64,000 nt of DNA, from the NCBI GenBank assembly GCA_040954595.2, contig CM082596.2, forward strand, positions 1,207,854 to 1,271,853, given 5' to 3'. This stretch comes from Balanoglossus misakiensis. Its lineage: Eukaryota > Animalia > Hemichordata. Shown in pieces: positions 27,231-41,800 of this stretch. The position numbers and the translations under genes were made by a program. Numbering within the stretch: the first letter of the stretch is position 1; each line of letters opens with the position of its first letter. Under the pieces are notes generated by a model, which made no database searches, was not told the origin of the DNA, and saw only the letters and a list, made by a program, of their open reading frames with translations.

Positions 27231-29282
27231 TAATTAAATCAGAGAACAGTTATACTGTACAAGGCAGCTGTCTTTAATGCATAACTTAGTATTCAAAGTC
27301 ACAGAGTCATTGGCTGTAGGATAAACTAATTTTTTCAAAACAATGGTTTGATGAATCTTTTTCAAAACAATGGTTTGAAGAAAACTGGTAGAGAATACAA
27401 TTCTATCAGCACTAAGCATGCTTCACCTAGTACAAAGATTAAATGAAGCCAAGCAATTCAAAAGACAAACCATTTTAACCTAAATATGAAATTTTAGATC
27501 AGGTACAACTGAAGGTTGTACACTTTTCAGTATGTACATAATAGCACCATATCAATGGGGGGAAAATTAGCAACAATGAAGCTGTTTTGTCATGGTCACA
27601 TGACTCAAATGCAAAAAAAATTCTTTACTAGGTATGAGTTGTGATTTTATCATTCAGTATGTTGATATAAATGTAGCAAATGGCAGAATTTCTGTAAAAT
27701 CAATGTTCTGAGTACATATATGTACTGAGTACATGTATAACATAACTCAGAACGTGTTCTATCTTCTGCATCACGATAGCACAACCACATTTTAAATGAA
27801 ATGTTCTTCTAGAAAAGCTTATTTGAAACCCAAGGCTGCAGATATAAAACACTTTCTAGAAATCACTGAACAATAATGTGATGGAAAGGACAAAAAAGTT
27901 CATATGAAAAGATTATTTTTTTTACAGAGTAGTTAACGTTTTAAGGAAAAAGACAATAGCAATTATCTGCACTGGTTTGATTTTAAAATGTCTATCAATA
28001 TCTTGTGTAACATATTTTGCGATATGATTGAAATGAGTTCCTCTAATCTGACAAACTACAGCAAAAAATTGCAGACGTTAGTATAAGGTACACTTCACAG
28101 GATGGTAGTTCTTCTGTCAGAACTTTTGGTTTGAAATTTTGTCATTATAAGTGCCCTCTACAGGTGACTAAGTGACCAAAATATTAGAATATTGTGTATT
28201 TATAAAATATAGACTATATATTAAAATAAACTGTTTAAAAAGTTATTTTCCTATATAAATAACCCAGGATATGATACATTGTATTGCTTGCATCTAAAAC
28301 TTGCAATTACAGTTAATAGTTATTTGCAATGCACTAGTTTTCCTAGGTGCAGTATATCAAAAAAGTACTGACACAGTTTTGAATATCAGAAAACCATCAA
28401 CCTACACTCTTCCTATTTATATGTTACACACTATAGGTACAAAAAAAAGACTTAATTTTTATACATAGATTGCTATTAAAATACATTAAATGAAATAAAT
28501 GTAACTACACCAATCATGAATTAGTGTTTACTATTTCTTATAAAATAGGGTTAGGAATTTCTGGGAATACTTCCCGATTGTCAAATCACACACATTTGAG
28601 TTGTTCATTACTTCTGTTTACTTTTCCACTTACCTTGAGTAAATGTAGAAAAAAAATTCTGATTAAAAAATCTCACATAAAATAACCTTATGACTAACGT
28701 TTTACTGAAATCAGTTACATGTATTTCTGTTTTTTTATCTTAACTGTTGAAAACCAGTCATCTTGTTTTCCTTATTTTCAATATTCTGTCCCTACAGACA
28801 AGTGATTGTTTATTTTTTTTAACATAGATATATATATACTGGTTCAATGTTAAAACAGGAACATAAAGATTTGCTTTATTTCTGCTTTTCTTCTTAGAAG
28901 TTTAGTTTCCCCAGAGTATATCTCTAACACAACTCATATGTTCCACACTTTGGATCTCTGTTTGCCATTCATGACTTTCAGTGTTGGACATTTTCTAATT
29001 TATTAACCAGATAGAATAAAATGTCTATATCGTATAGTTCTGGTTTTACACAAAGTGTTCCTGGTTGTGGCTAAATTCATAGTCTGTAATGAAAATATCT
29101 GAAAGTCTGAGCCATTATTGAACGTCTGAACAATTATCAAAACTTTCAAAACCCAGTCCTACATGGAAAGAGTAAACAGGTAGAATCTTCTTTCCAAAAG
29201 GTTGAAATCCCTGGCCATAATTATAGACAGGTGACTACATGTCTCTCCCAGACCTGGTCATAGTCGACAAATGACCACAGCT

Positions 29283-29430
29283 TTACTTCTTGGCTTGAGT
29301 GCTTCCAATCATCACCTTGGTAACAAAGTTGACAATGGCCGATGCAGGCTGCTCTGGATCATGTTCAGCAAATAGATGGCAGACATTGTCAGTAAGGCTT
29401 CCAGGTTTCCGGGCAACGAATCCAAACACC
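29283..29430 (-). CDS. TNS: Tensin last coding exon (PTB C-terminus and stop)
   Basis: [48 protein letters not shown]; acceptor cttcag. Confidence 0.95.
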
Positions 29431-29829
29431 CTGAAGAATGAGAGATGAAATCCTATTGGTAAACTCAGTCTTTTCCAAATGAGAGGAGAAATCCTACTGG
29501 CAATCTCAAACGTTTTCAAATGAGAGGAGAAATCCTACCGGTATTGGCAATGTCAGACAGACTAACAGTAACACAGACAGACAGACAAAAGAGAGAAAGA
29601 AAACCAAACTTACTTTGCTTCAGCTACAGTTGAATCATCACCTCTTGCCCACCTTTAATAAAAACAGAATAATGTCATGTTAAAATGTGGACTTAAATCA
29701 AAATGATGAACACAACCCCAATGTTAAAATGACAAACCGATGCCATTTTTTGTCAAACAGAAAGTCACGTGTATTATGACTGAGTACACTTCCCTTGTGT
29801 CACGTTTGCGATAAATGCATGACTTTGAT

Positions 29830-29866
<37 letters not shown>

Positions 29867-32800
29867 TAGATGGACAGACAGATTGATGTCAATCTACAAG
29901 TCCCTATGCCAGATTTTCTCAGGAAGAGATCAGGGAGAAACAACATGAACAGTACATGCAGTTGGACATCCACACCACTCATATACTCACTTTCTGCTAT
30001 CCGGATCCATTCCACAGTAAGTCACGGAATTTACAGGATGATGGCGCCGGAAAAACACTCTACAGAAGAAGAAAATAATTGTCAGTGATATTTGCCCAAA
30101 TGCTTCCCCCACTCCAAAGTGATGTGGGCAACCAGATACACAAAGTTACTACATGTAATAAATATGGCATTAAACTACTAATTACTTTCTATCACCGCAT
30201 AGTGTTCTGAGGAAAAGCTATCCTATCATTCTGCTGTTTACATGTGAGATCCCCAAGTGTAGATATTGCTACCTGCGTGTGTGTGTGTGTGTGCGTGTGT
30301 GTGTGTACTTACAGCTCAAACAGCAGCAGACTTTGATATTAAAAAATAATTAATTCCACGCATTTACAAATGAAGAAGTTTTACAGCAGTTATCAGCACA
30401 GTGTAAATCCTACAATGGAAAAGAATGTCTAAAGAAGCAGAACAATCAAATTTAAAAGATGAAAAACTTACTTCTTCTCATTATCTGTCAGAGTAATTCC
30501 TTTTGAGTTGACCTTGAAGTGAACGACTGTTACTCTTGGCCTTGGCTCCAATTTGAATATTTTTGTCACTGCCTTTCGCACTGCGTTAGGGCCTGTGAGT
30601 GATTCCATCTCCACTGAGTGCAGGTACAGAACATTGCATGCTACAACAGAAAGATATGGCATTAATCTTTATCTTTAATATTTTTTTTATCTTTCATCTT
30701 GTTCCTGAAATTTTACTGGAAAAATTCATCTCAAGTACAGCCGTGTTTTATCAAAATGTCTCTCTCAAAATTCCTTTTCTGTATGTTGCTTCCCATTTTA
30801 AAGTAGTTTTCTATGGAAAAGGAATTTGTCTTAGTATTCAACAGACTTTTAAAGAAAATATGATTCAAATTTTCGATGTACCGGCACATCTAAATCCTTA
30901 GCAGCCATTTTTGAATTTCAAAATTGAGTCAATTTCTTCCAAGCCGTACCTGCTCCTTGTGCCAATAGTGCGGAGGGAGAGGCGGGAATTTCGGACGATC
31001 TAGGACTGCTAGCTGCACTGCTTGGGCCAGTTGGATCTGCAAGAGCAAATAGATTTCAAGATAGTTGGTTAGTTTTGAAAATCTTTCTTAGGAATCTAAA
31101 CATGGTATTTTTTATGCTTCTGGTGAGGGTGACAGAAATGTCATATCTGTGAATTTACAGACTTTGTTTTCAAACTTTCTTGAGACTGTGTATGAATGCA
31201 TCAATAACAAACAACAGCGCAACATGACAATCCATGATATTTGTGCATACTTACCAACTTCAGGCAATAGTAATTTACATGGCAATGCTAAAGGGGTGAT
31301 GGAGTGTTGGTAAACTAACGCTGATAAACTACTGAACACAGGCTCGTTGGCACAACCCTTCAGTCGTACACCGCGAGAACTTGGCTCTATCAAAAAGTGT
31401 CGTACCAGTTCATTAGACAGGTCACCTGGAAGAATCAAGAAAAAGTACATGTACATTGACTTCTTCGCCCATTAACCTTGCTTTCATTTTTTGGAAATGA
31501 AATCAAATACATTGGATATACTGTCTCTTTACTGCAACATACAAGTAAGTGTATGGTGACTGTTTCAATATCCTGAAATCTTTGCGTGAAAACTCATGAC
31601 CAAATACAACATAGGCTTCACAGGGGAAAGTGACAAAAGACAATATCTATGAATTACCTTTCTTACTCTGTACAACATTTGGAGGCGGTGTGGCTACTTT
31701 CACGGCAAGACCAAAAGCTCCAGGGAAAGAATTGCTATCTCTGACGACAAAGGAACCTGGTGGTTTGTCTTTCAAGGCTGAAATGGCTGGACAAGAAAGT
31801 GCATACAGAAGAATAGTTACAGAACAATTCACACTAGAATTTACATTTTTTCATGCTGGATAGACTGTTGACTTTTTTTCTTATAAACACACAGATATGG
31901 TAACTGCACATTACCTTCATCTCTTGAAATATTTGGCTTGTACCAGTATGATGAAAGGTCTTTGACAAACGTTGGGTGTTTATGAATGATATCACTGCCA
32001 TCTGAAACAAAATAAGAATGTCCCTGAAAGTTAGCAAAAACTTTATTTTGGCTTAATCTCTCTAAAGCTTCTTTCAATTTTCAACATCCTTGAAAGAAAA
32101 TTTCCCTATTTTCTTCCAGAATCTTCATGTCGAGTATTGTAATCTTTCTTGAGCACAATAAACAATTGGCTTTCCAGGGGTAATGTTCACTTTCTCATAC
32201 TTCAAATCGGTTCATCGAAAATGTTGTCATGTGACTCACCAGGTAAAGAGCCATGACTTCCGAGCAAAGATGGTTGATTGTAGAGACTGACTGGAGAACT
32301 TCTCCCACTATCACTCACTCCACCGTTGGGATAACCTCTGTTCACATTACTACCAGGTGGTGGAGGCGAACCACTTCTGTCACTGGAAATATCAAAGTGA
32401 GAGAAGTGAGATACACAAATTTAAGTCAAATTAGAGCTAGGATTAGAACAATAATCAGATGAAATGTGTGCAACATTATTTTCACAGATAACCTTACAGT
32501 CCGGGTTGGGTTAAGATGGGTTTTCACTATTTGATGATGCATAGATTCAACGCAATGCTTACCTGCCCGTGAGACTGCCTCTGCCGTATGAACCCTGGGA
32601 GGTCACCCTTCTGGGACTGCTTCCAAGAATACCTGAAACATTCTCACCACTGGACGCACTCCCTCTAGAAGTTCTTCCCATCATGGGGCTCCTCTGTTGA
32701 TCGCCTGCACGCCCTCTGTTATCATACATAGTGCGGTACTGGGAGGATGTTTCCGTGGTGATAGTGACATGCCCCATTTGATCCCTGGATCTGTCGCTGT

Positions 32801-35800
32801 AGGTAGGGTAGATATTGGCCTGTGGGACTCCAGGGGCCAGTCCACCTGGTTGTCTGCCTCTGTCACTGAATGTTGGGTACATGTTTGCTGGTGGTCCTCC
32901 TTGTGGTGGTCCTGCGTGTGGTTGTGGCTGATGTCCTTGCTGTTGCCGTTGTAATTCCAATCTCTCTTTCATCATTGCACTTGATGTTGGGAACGGCAGA
33001 GTGGCCGACTCGTATCCTGTGTTACTTGAGTGTGGACTCTCACTGCATTCACTGGGAGTGGTGCTTGAATCTTCTGTTATATGCAGAGGCGTCAGTGGTT
33101 GGTCGATTGGAGTTCCTCCTCGCTCATGACCTTGAGGAGCCATCAGAGTTGCACCTGGGCGACCTTGTTCTCGGACGGTCTGATGCATGTGGATGTGAGT
33201 GTGAGCGCCCTCTGGTCTTGCTTGACTGGCTGATGCGCCTGATGTTGAATCTGCTACAGTCAGACCGACACCATGCGCTCGGTGATCATGCAGCATTTGT
33301 GGCTCAGCGGTCTTTGCAGCCTCCCCTGGGTACGGATGGTTTTGATAGTTGGGTGACCTCTGTGATTCTGGCACATGTTGGTGAGGGTGGGGGTGGGGGT
33401 GATGGTGGGGGACTCCCTTCTGTACAGTCTGTGTCTCTTGTACTACAGTTCTTGTCACAATCCTTTGCTGTCCAGGAGGTCCCCCGTTCTGTGGATGTTG
33501 AGTTGGCAGTGAGGTTTGTTCAGCAATGGCTAGCGTAGGAACATGAGATTCCTGCGGCATTATTTTCTTTTCTTGAGTCTGCGTCTCTACATACAGCTCT
33601 TTCATTGTATGACCGTGCCCTCCTCTGGCTGCGTCTGGTCTGTCCAGCTGGTGCATCATGGGAGGCTGACCGTTGGGTGTTTTATCCTGACTGTGATGCG
33701 ACACAGGTGGTCCACCGTTTATCACAGATTCCTTCATTTGATCTGATGCCATTGGACGCTGCTGCTGCTGCTGCACACGCTCAGTTGTCTCAGCAGGGTG
33801 ATGCCGCACATGCTCAGTAGGTGCATGGGGCTGATGATCCTTCACACGTTCGGTTGTCACGTCAGGACGGCGCTGCACATGCTCAGTAGTGACAACAGTG
33901 TGGTACTGCACATGCTCAGTTCGTCCACCAGGTTGGTGCTGATGTTGATGTGGCACGTCGCGTCGATCTGGCTCATGGACGCGAGTTGTATCAGGATAGC
34001 GAAACACATTTGGTGGTCCGGGCTTTTCTTGTTGTGGCATATCCTCATGCACAGTTGTTGACGTCTGATGATATTCCCTTGTTTCTACAAAAAAAGTTTA
34101 TTGAGAGACTTTCATTTCATATTTTTCAGAGATTTGTATCAAATGAACCAAGATTTTATACGCTAAACAGGGAAAGTGTATAAAAAAATCTTGATAATAA
34201 GAAGTGAAATTAATAGTGAGATGCTTTTACAATGTGAAGTTTATGAACGTTAGATTAGGTTAGTGGACAGCTTCCAAAGTTTGATTGCATGTATGTGATA
34301 CGTCTATCTGATTACTACTACTACATTGTATATTACACATGTAGCTATTTAGGCATTCTTTTACAGAAAGTACAGCCTACATGTACATATCACTAGTTTT
34401 AATTTGTGAATTTGTATGCAAAGAAGTGAATGGTGGACAGCTTATAAACTGACAAAGCTTTGTAAGTGTGCCTAATTAATACGTAAGGGAATTAACACAC
34501 ACTGTAGTTACAGCTATGCAAACTGCAAATGAAACATCAAGATACACATACCTATGGTGTTGGAGACACTGTATGGTTTAGTTGAGATGGTAATCGATGG
34601 TATGTTACGAGTGTTATCACTTTCATGCACATGGTGACGAGGTGGAACCATACCTGAATCAACATCATTATCCATTGGAACTGCAAACTTCTCTACAAAT
34701 GCAATCGGAGTGGAGACCATATTTGCATATGGAGTTCTGGGAGCAGCTCCGGGACTGAGAGGGAATTTCGGGGTTTTACCGGTTTCTTCATCCTCATCTT
34801 GGTCTTTCGTTTTTAATCCATCATGCTTGTTCCAATATTCATTCTCCTGAAAACATGACATGAAAAAATGTTGGTCACAAGCTTGTCAGGGGTCTTAAGT
34901 GAATTCTGGATAGAGTAGAAAAGTACTGCAAACATTTAATGTCTAGTAGATAACTGAACAGGCTGTAGTGTAACCAAAGGTTTACACACAGCACATTACA
35001 GTTTGGTTCAACCTCGTTGCTTGGCTGGATTAGAGTATTTACTGTCTGTTGATGTAAATTGCACTTACACTTTTGGGTGCACCACCTGGGTTTCTCATCC
35101 AGACCTCGGGTGATGGACTTCTCGCTCTTCTCTGTGCCATCGCAATCTTTTCTGAGTCACTCATATACTGTCTATGGGAGGTCTCTGAGTCATACGCTGC
35201 AGCACTCTTTGATCTACGAACTGGAAAGGCTGGTTTACGTCCTGGTTGTCGACCACGCTCTGTGGTCAGTTCATCTCGAATTAATCTTGCATGGTAACCT
35301 GGAACCATTAAAATCAATCAGAGATTTATTTATTCATTTCTTGCTTGATTTATATGTACGATATTAACATGTTATCTATGAGGTACACCTGTATTTCTAC
35401 TTTATTTGCATGCCATGTTGTTTTACAAAAAAATTGTGAAATATGCAAAATGTACCAACCGGCAACACGACCTCTGACCAATCCCCTGAGATCAGGTTCT
35501 TCGTTTGGTGTTTCCGCAGAAACGACGTCAGCTGGTCTCTCTGCTGGTTTATTAGTGACTTCCACAGGTTCAGATCTAGCAGGTGAAGTGACAGATGGTC
35601 TGTTTGCGCTTTCCCCAAGAGAGGGAGCATGACCGCCACCGTGTGGAGGAGATAGAGATGGAGAACTGATCGTAGAGAAGTGAGAAACAACAGATTGTGA
35701 TTGAGACAAAGTGGACAGATTTGTTTGGTCTGAAGATGGCATGTGCCTATAAGGTGAAGGCTGGGTTGGTGCCACGGATTTGAGAGGTGATGATGTTGCC

Positions 35801-38800
35801 TGGGGCAACGGGAAAGGATGCTGAGGCAAAGAATAGTACGACGATGGCTGAATAGTCATGTCATATGTTGGATTAGTCAGTGACGTCGTGGTTGTTGGTG
35901 TTGTCGTCGCACCTGGCTTGGAGTTGATTTTGTTGGCAGCTTGGGGATAATCTGGTTTGGAATATAGTGGGACATCAAATATGTCTTGATACGAGACTGC
36001 CAATGATGCATTGGGTTGATTTGCTGGTGCGACTGAGTTTGAATTTGGCAAGGGTTGGCGAATTTGAGAAGAGGGTTGGGATCCCCATTGGCCTGATGGG
36101 ATATCTCTCGGATAATTATCAGATTTGAGAGATTGGGGTGATGTTTTTGACTCAGTGGTGTGGATGTGTTTCCTTGACAATGTGTATGGTGTGTCAACAA
36201 CAACATAGCTCTTGATTGGCTGAGAGGTATGGATTTGTTGAGGTGGTTGTGAACTTGAATTTGAGTTAGCAGTTGGTTGTGTGGAGTGTGAAGGTGCAGG
36301 CATGTGTGTGGTGTGAGAGTTCATGCTGTAGTGACTAGATGTAGATGTTATTGGATGAGACAAGGAGGTTATTGGATGCGTTGTTGAAATCACTGGCTGA
36401 GATGCAGTGGTTACTGTATAAGCAGATGCTGTTGCAGGCAGATTGGTTTGTGAGTATGACACTGAGTTTATGGGATAGTGTTTGGGTGCTGCTGATTGGT
36501 TAGCTGTTGAAATTATGGGATGATGCGAGTGAGAGTATGAAGTTGCAGATGATGATGGTTTTGTAGCGTATGAGAGAGTGGAAATTGAATGAGGTGTGGA
36601 TGGGGCAGCCACTTGATGGGGTGGTGAATTGACCGTCCTGAAAAGATGGAAATATAAATAAAAGAAACTATCATCTACTGACTACAGTAAACATATCTAA
36701 AATCATCCCTCTTTCCTGGTGGATTGGTCTGATCAACAGCTGCAAATAATTGGACCAAACCAAAACATAAAGGAAAAGAGGGAAGAGTACAATGCTAATA
36801 CAATGTGTAATGGGTACATTTCTAGTATTTGACAATGAAGTGTAATATGAAAAAGAAGTTATGGCTTTCTGGAAGTCATTAATTGTGTTCCTACTGGTGT
36901 TTGGAATAACTGTGCCAAACGTCGGTGTGTGAAAATAATCAATCAAGTGGGAACATATGGAGTGAAACTGAGTCAGTGCTTAACTACATGCTTTGATGAA
37001 AACAGTCATGCATATTGGAAAGTACAAATCATGCCAAATAAATGTGGGAACTATAAGGTAATGTTATGTGGTATCCAACATGCTCTGTCCAGCAAATCTC
37101 ACATAATTATAAACATGCTGTCACAAACAAGAAAACTTCACCAGAAAGACAGAAAATGAAGGGAAGTTACCTGAACTTATTCTCATAGAATGATGCAAGC
37201 ATGATGAGATTAGAAACAGAAAGGCTATGATACACAGAATATGAAATGACTGTACACTACATTTACATCTCCCTCTACAATGCAGCTGTTCCTGTCTGTT
37301 TCTGAGTTGAACTTTTGAGCAATTTACATTCCAGTGCGTATTATCACATGCATCAACCATCTTGTCAAGAATGTCTGAATCAGAATTATGAGCACATTCC
37401 ACCATCACTGTAACCTTTCAACTTCCTGCTTGTAAGATCCTTGTTTGAGCTGAGAAAATTACCAGCTCCAGAACAGTTGCCGCAAAATCCAGTAAATTAA
37501 ATGTTGATTTGTGAAGACAACCACATCAACCAGAACTCAGGCTACATAATTGATGGATGTATTTCTTTCACTAATGGAGAAATTTCTGTCAACATGAAAG
37601 CATTATTGAGGCGTCTGTCTGCAGATGTTTTTACAATTTTTTTACTTTTGCCAAAATAAACAAGATCTCAGTGCTATAATGGTTTTTAGGCTTACGCTTA
37701 AAGAATCAGTAAAAGAACAGTTGGCATCAACACAGACAAATAATTGACCAAACAAAATGTTATTTCAGCCTGGCTTTTCTCTTTCCTTGCCTATTAACCT
37801 TTTTAAGTCATGTGACTGAAACTGGCCAATCAAATGTCAATCATGAAAACGATGATTTCTACAACAGTTACCAATAAAATTTATATGTGGTAGTTCATTT
37901 GGAAACAAACCTGTCTCTGTTGAATCTGGAATTTCTGCAGTAAAAATGAGTCATAGCTTTTTTGAGTCTCTGCACACAAACCCAGGAAGGATCTAAATTT
38001 AGAGCATGATCTCTTGAGAGAGATTTATGGAAATATGTGGGCTGACATTTCTACTGTTGGACTACATCTGGCACGAAAGCCACTGTCTGGTTTCATTTTT
38101 TCTTAGTATATGGAAAGTTGGAAATGTATGGGGGAAATTACTGGATGGAAAACATGATCTAGTGACAAATTGCAAAAATAATTACAATGTACAAGTATAC
38201 ATAATGTACATGTACATATATGCTACTAACACTAAAACATTTCTTACCCTGCTGATGGGGCAGAAGTGAAGAGTCTGCCATGCATGGGTCCTTGTTGGAT
38301 AGGTTCTTCAACAACGTGATAATCTGTGTGGATGACGTGGGTTGTTTTTCCTCCCTCTGGTCCTGAAGTCCCTGGAACCCTGGTACCCTCAATTCTGCCT
38401 TGCCTGGGACTTGGAGGTGGAAGTCTTTTGACAGAAACATCCATGTCGTATGGTGAATACGGCCTCGTCTGTCCTCCATACTGCGCTCGGTATCCAAGAG
38501 CTGACCTGTCATGGGTTCTGTCCGAGTGTTGCCTCGACAACGGTCTGTGATGACTCTGCCAGATTTCTGTGGATCCACCACTGGTCCTTGGTGATATAGA
38601 ATCAGAGGTGTACTGATCCAGCATCTCGGATTCATCCTGTAAAAACTGAGCTAATGCCTCCAGTTGATTGATGTCAATATCACCAGTTGGTGACCGGTCT
38701 GTTGGACTCATCAGTTTTGTATATAATGGAGGTGGTCCGTGATAATACTGAGTATTGACTTGTGGAGTGGGTGACAGTGACTTGTATTGACCTCCTGATG

Positions 38801-41800
38801 TTGAGTGATAATCTCGAGTTGTTGGTTGTGATGAGGTTGTTGCTGTACTGTATGGAGACAGCATGGGTTGATAGCCTGGTCGATCTGTCTGAGTTGTGTA
38901 ATGATACTGGGTGACGGTTGTGGATGTGCCACCCCTCTGTTGCTGCTCTTGTTGTCGTCGCTGTTCAAGCTTCTTCTGTTGTTTCTGCAGCCAGGTCAAG
39001 CCTTCATCTGGATCCTCTGTTGCTGCTGGTTGAGCAGGTGCAGTTTGTGGAGGTTGCTGCTTCTCTACAGCGGCTTGGGGAGTTGGTAACTTCTGTTGCT
39101 GTGGCAACGCTTGTTGATGTGGTGACTGCTGTTGCTGTGGCAACTGTTGCTGTTGGGTCCATGTTTGGTGAGTGGTTGTTATCTGATGTTGGCTCTGCGC
39201 TGGTGGTTGTTGCTGTAAAACAACCAGTGGTTGTTGCTGCTGTTGTTGTGGTGGTGGTGGTTGCACACCCTCTGGTGATCCTTGTTGCTGCAACCGTTGC
39301 TGTTGTTGTTGTTGTCTGTGAGCCCACGTTTGTTTTGTTGGTGACTCTGGTTCTCCTGAAGGATGCTGATGTTGGTGCTCAGCGACTTCATACCTGGTGA
39401 CCTCATATCGAGTCTGTACAGCTGATGGCTGGTGAACTTCAGTCACTTGCTGGCCCGACTGTTGAGGGCGAGTTTGATTGGGCAGACGATGGGCATCAGA
39501 TTTGATAGGACTGGGATTGGCTGGATGGTGTACGTCAATCACTCCCACAGGCTGGTTTTGGTTGTTTGCGGAGTGCACCTGCACAACTCTGGTGATTTGG
39601 TGTTGTTCTGTCGATTTGCCACCTGGTCCATGAGCTGTGGAAGGGGACTCACCCCTATGCAGATGGAAAGACTCTGGGGGGCTATCGGTTGAATCACGAA
39701 GATGGTAAACTTCACCTGGTTTGTGGCTGACGTCAGTGGAGTGACTGTGTCCCACAGCATGACTTGGCTGACCAGATTTCGGTGACTGGTGTTCGTGAAA
39801 TGTTGTATACTGTGTTTGGTGAACATGGGAAGTCTGACTGGGGATATTACTTGGTTGTCCGGCAGGGTGTTGTATGTGACCTGGTTGTCCAGGGCCAAGG
39901 TGCTGTGTTTGGCCTGGTTGTCCAGGGGCAGGGTGTTTCATCTGACCCGGTTGTCCAGCAGGGTGATGCATCTGTTCTTTCTGTACCATGTGTTGGCTCG
40001 TCTCAGTGGTATATTGCACATGCCCTGCTGAAGGATAGACCACATGACCATCCTGATGTGTGTGTGTTACCTGTCCCGGAGGGCTGCTATGATCAGGCTG
40101 TCCCGCCATCACCTTGGTGGACTGCTGGTAACCACGATGTTCTGGTCCGGCATGTTCCAGATGGCCGTGTACGATGTGATCCTGGCGTTGGCTGGTTACT
40201 GTTGTGGTTTGCTGGTGAACATGGCTTCCTTGTCCGGGTTGTTGAACCTGGCCTGGAGGTGACCTTGAAGGACCTTGGCCTTGATCTACAACTGTTGTAG
40301 AGTGCTGATGAAGATGACCACCGTGTCCTGGTTGGGTAACATCATGACCTGGGTGACCTGGATGGCTGTGGACATGCTGACCGGTCACTGTATGTTGTTG
40401 AACTTGATGTCCATGTTGGTCAACATAATACCCCTGCCTGGCCTGTCCTGGTTGACCGTCTATCTGATGAAGATGACCACCGTGTCCTGGTTGGGTAACG
40501 TCATGACCTGGGTGACCTGGATGGCTGTGGACATGCTGACCGGTCACTGTATGTTGTTGGACTTGATGTCCATGTTGGTCAACATAATACCCCTGCCTGG
40601 CCTGTCCTGGTTGACCGTCTAACTTATCATGATGAATCTGTGCATGCTGACCGGTGGTGTGAGTGTGTAGATGTCCACTTTGTCCAGAATGTTCAGCGTG
40701 TTGACCTGGGTGTCCGCGATGATCATGGATAGTGGTCTGAACAAGACCAGAGTGAATCTGACCATCATTGACCGCATATCCTTGGGGTGACCTGTCTTCT
40801 TGACTCTTCCCAGTTGGTGACTGATAAGGAGGACTGGATGTATAATTGACCGACTCGCTCAAGGAACTGAAGGAACTCGTCTGTGGTGCGCCACTTGTCA
40901 TGGAAGACGTCGGAGAAGAAGCCGCATAATCCGGAATTTCCGCATACGGACTTTCATCATCCCGGAATCCACCGCGATAAACATGATCCCTGGGATAATT
41001 CCGGCTATCCTGTGGTAAATTCGACTGTGGAAGACTGCTGCTGACCCCTTGCTGGGACAGATTCTTCGATTGTTGCGTCTGCGAAATGAGATCTTCACTC
41101 CCAGCACCTGCTTTGGGCTTCCTTCCCAAGGTATGATGGGTATAATCTGCCGGTGAGTTCGGTTGTCTCCGAGTAAACCACTCCTTGAGTGTGTTGGGCT
41201 TAAGTCCTTCTTTACGAACACCTCGCTTGATGGTTTCCGTGGGCGACTTGAGGTTCTCCGTCAGATAACTTTTCTTGACCTGCATTTCATTCCTGTTGTG
41301 ATCCCTGTCGTTGATCACTCCACCGTCGATCGAGTCGTGCATCCCACCGCTGTGTAATTCCAGCATCAATCCGTGGTTGTGACCAGAGTGGGTGTGTTGT
41401 GTGGGAGAATGCACTTGATCGTAGACATGGGTGTGAACCATGTCTCCTTCAGGTCCATTAGAGAATGTCTGAGTGGTCTCCTCTCCAGATTTCTTGTTGA
41501 CTCTTGCATAAAGGCTTCCATCAACCGGTCCATGCATGTGCTGTACGACCAAGGTGTTTTCATTCGCATCATCACCTGTGAAACGAAAAATCACAAACTT
41601 GATTAAGCGAGTGAAATCTCCAAGTCCTAAAATTAAACTTTTCATTCCTAATTCTTCTTCATTACAACATTAACACAACAGAGATATGTCAAGTAGACAT
41701 AAACTCACCAAAAATGCATTTACAAAATATCTGTCATAGAAACATTGCAAATTGAATTTCTGAATACATGTACTTTCTTTTTGTAAATCCCTAGGATTGG

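Noticed and set aside
27331-27379. 21-bp direct repeat TTTTTCAAAACAATGGTTTGA (a similar short duplication lies at ~29477-29540)
   Set aside because: Ordinary local slippage duplications.
27705-27753. Palindrome AGTACATATATGTACT and 9-bp stem GTTCTGAGT/ACTCAGAAC in the 3' UTR
   Set aside because: TACATGTA-like palindromes are common throughout this sequence; too weak to call a structured element.
32681-41606. Many plus-strand and alternate-frame ORFs over the large exons
   Set aside because: Shadow ORFs of low-complexity tensin coding sequence.
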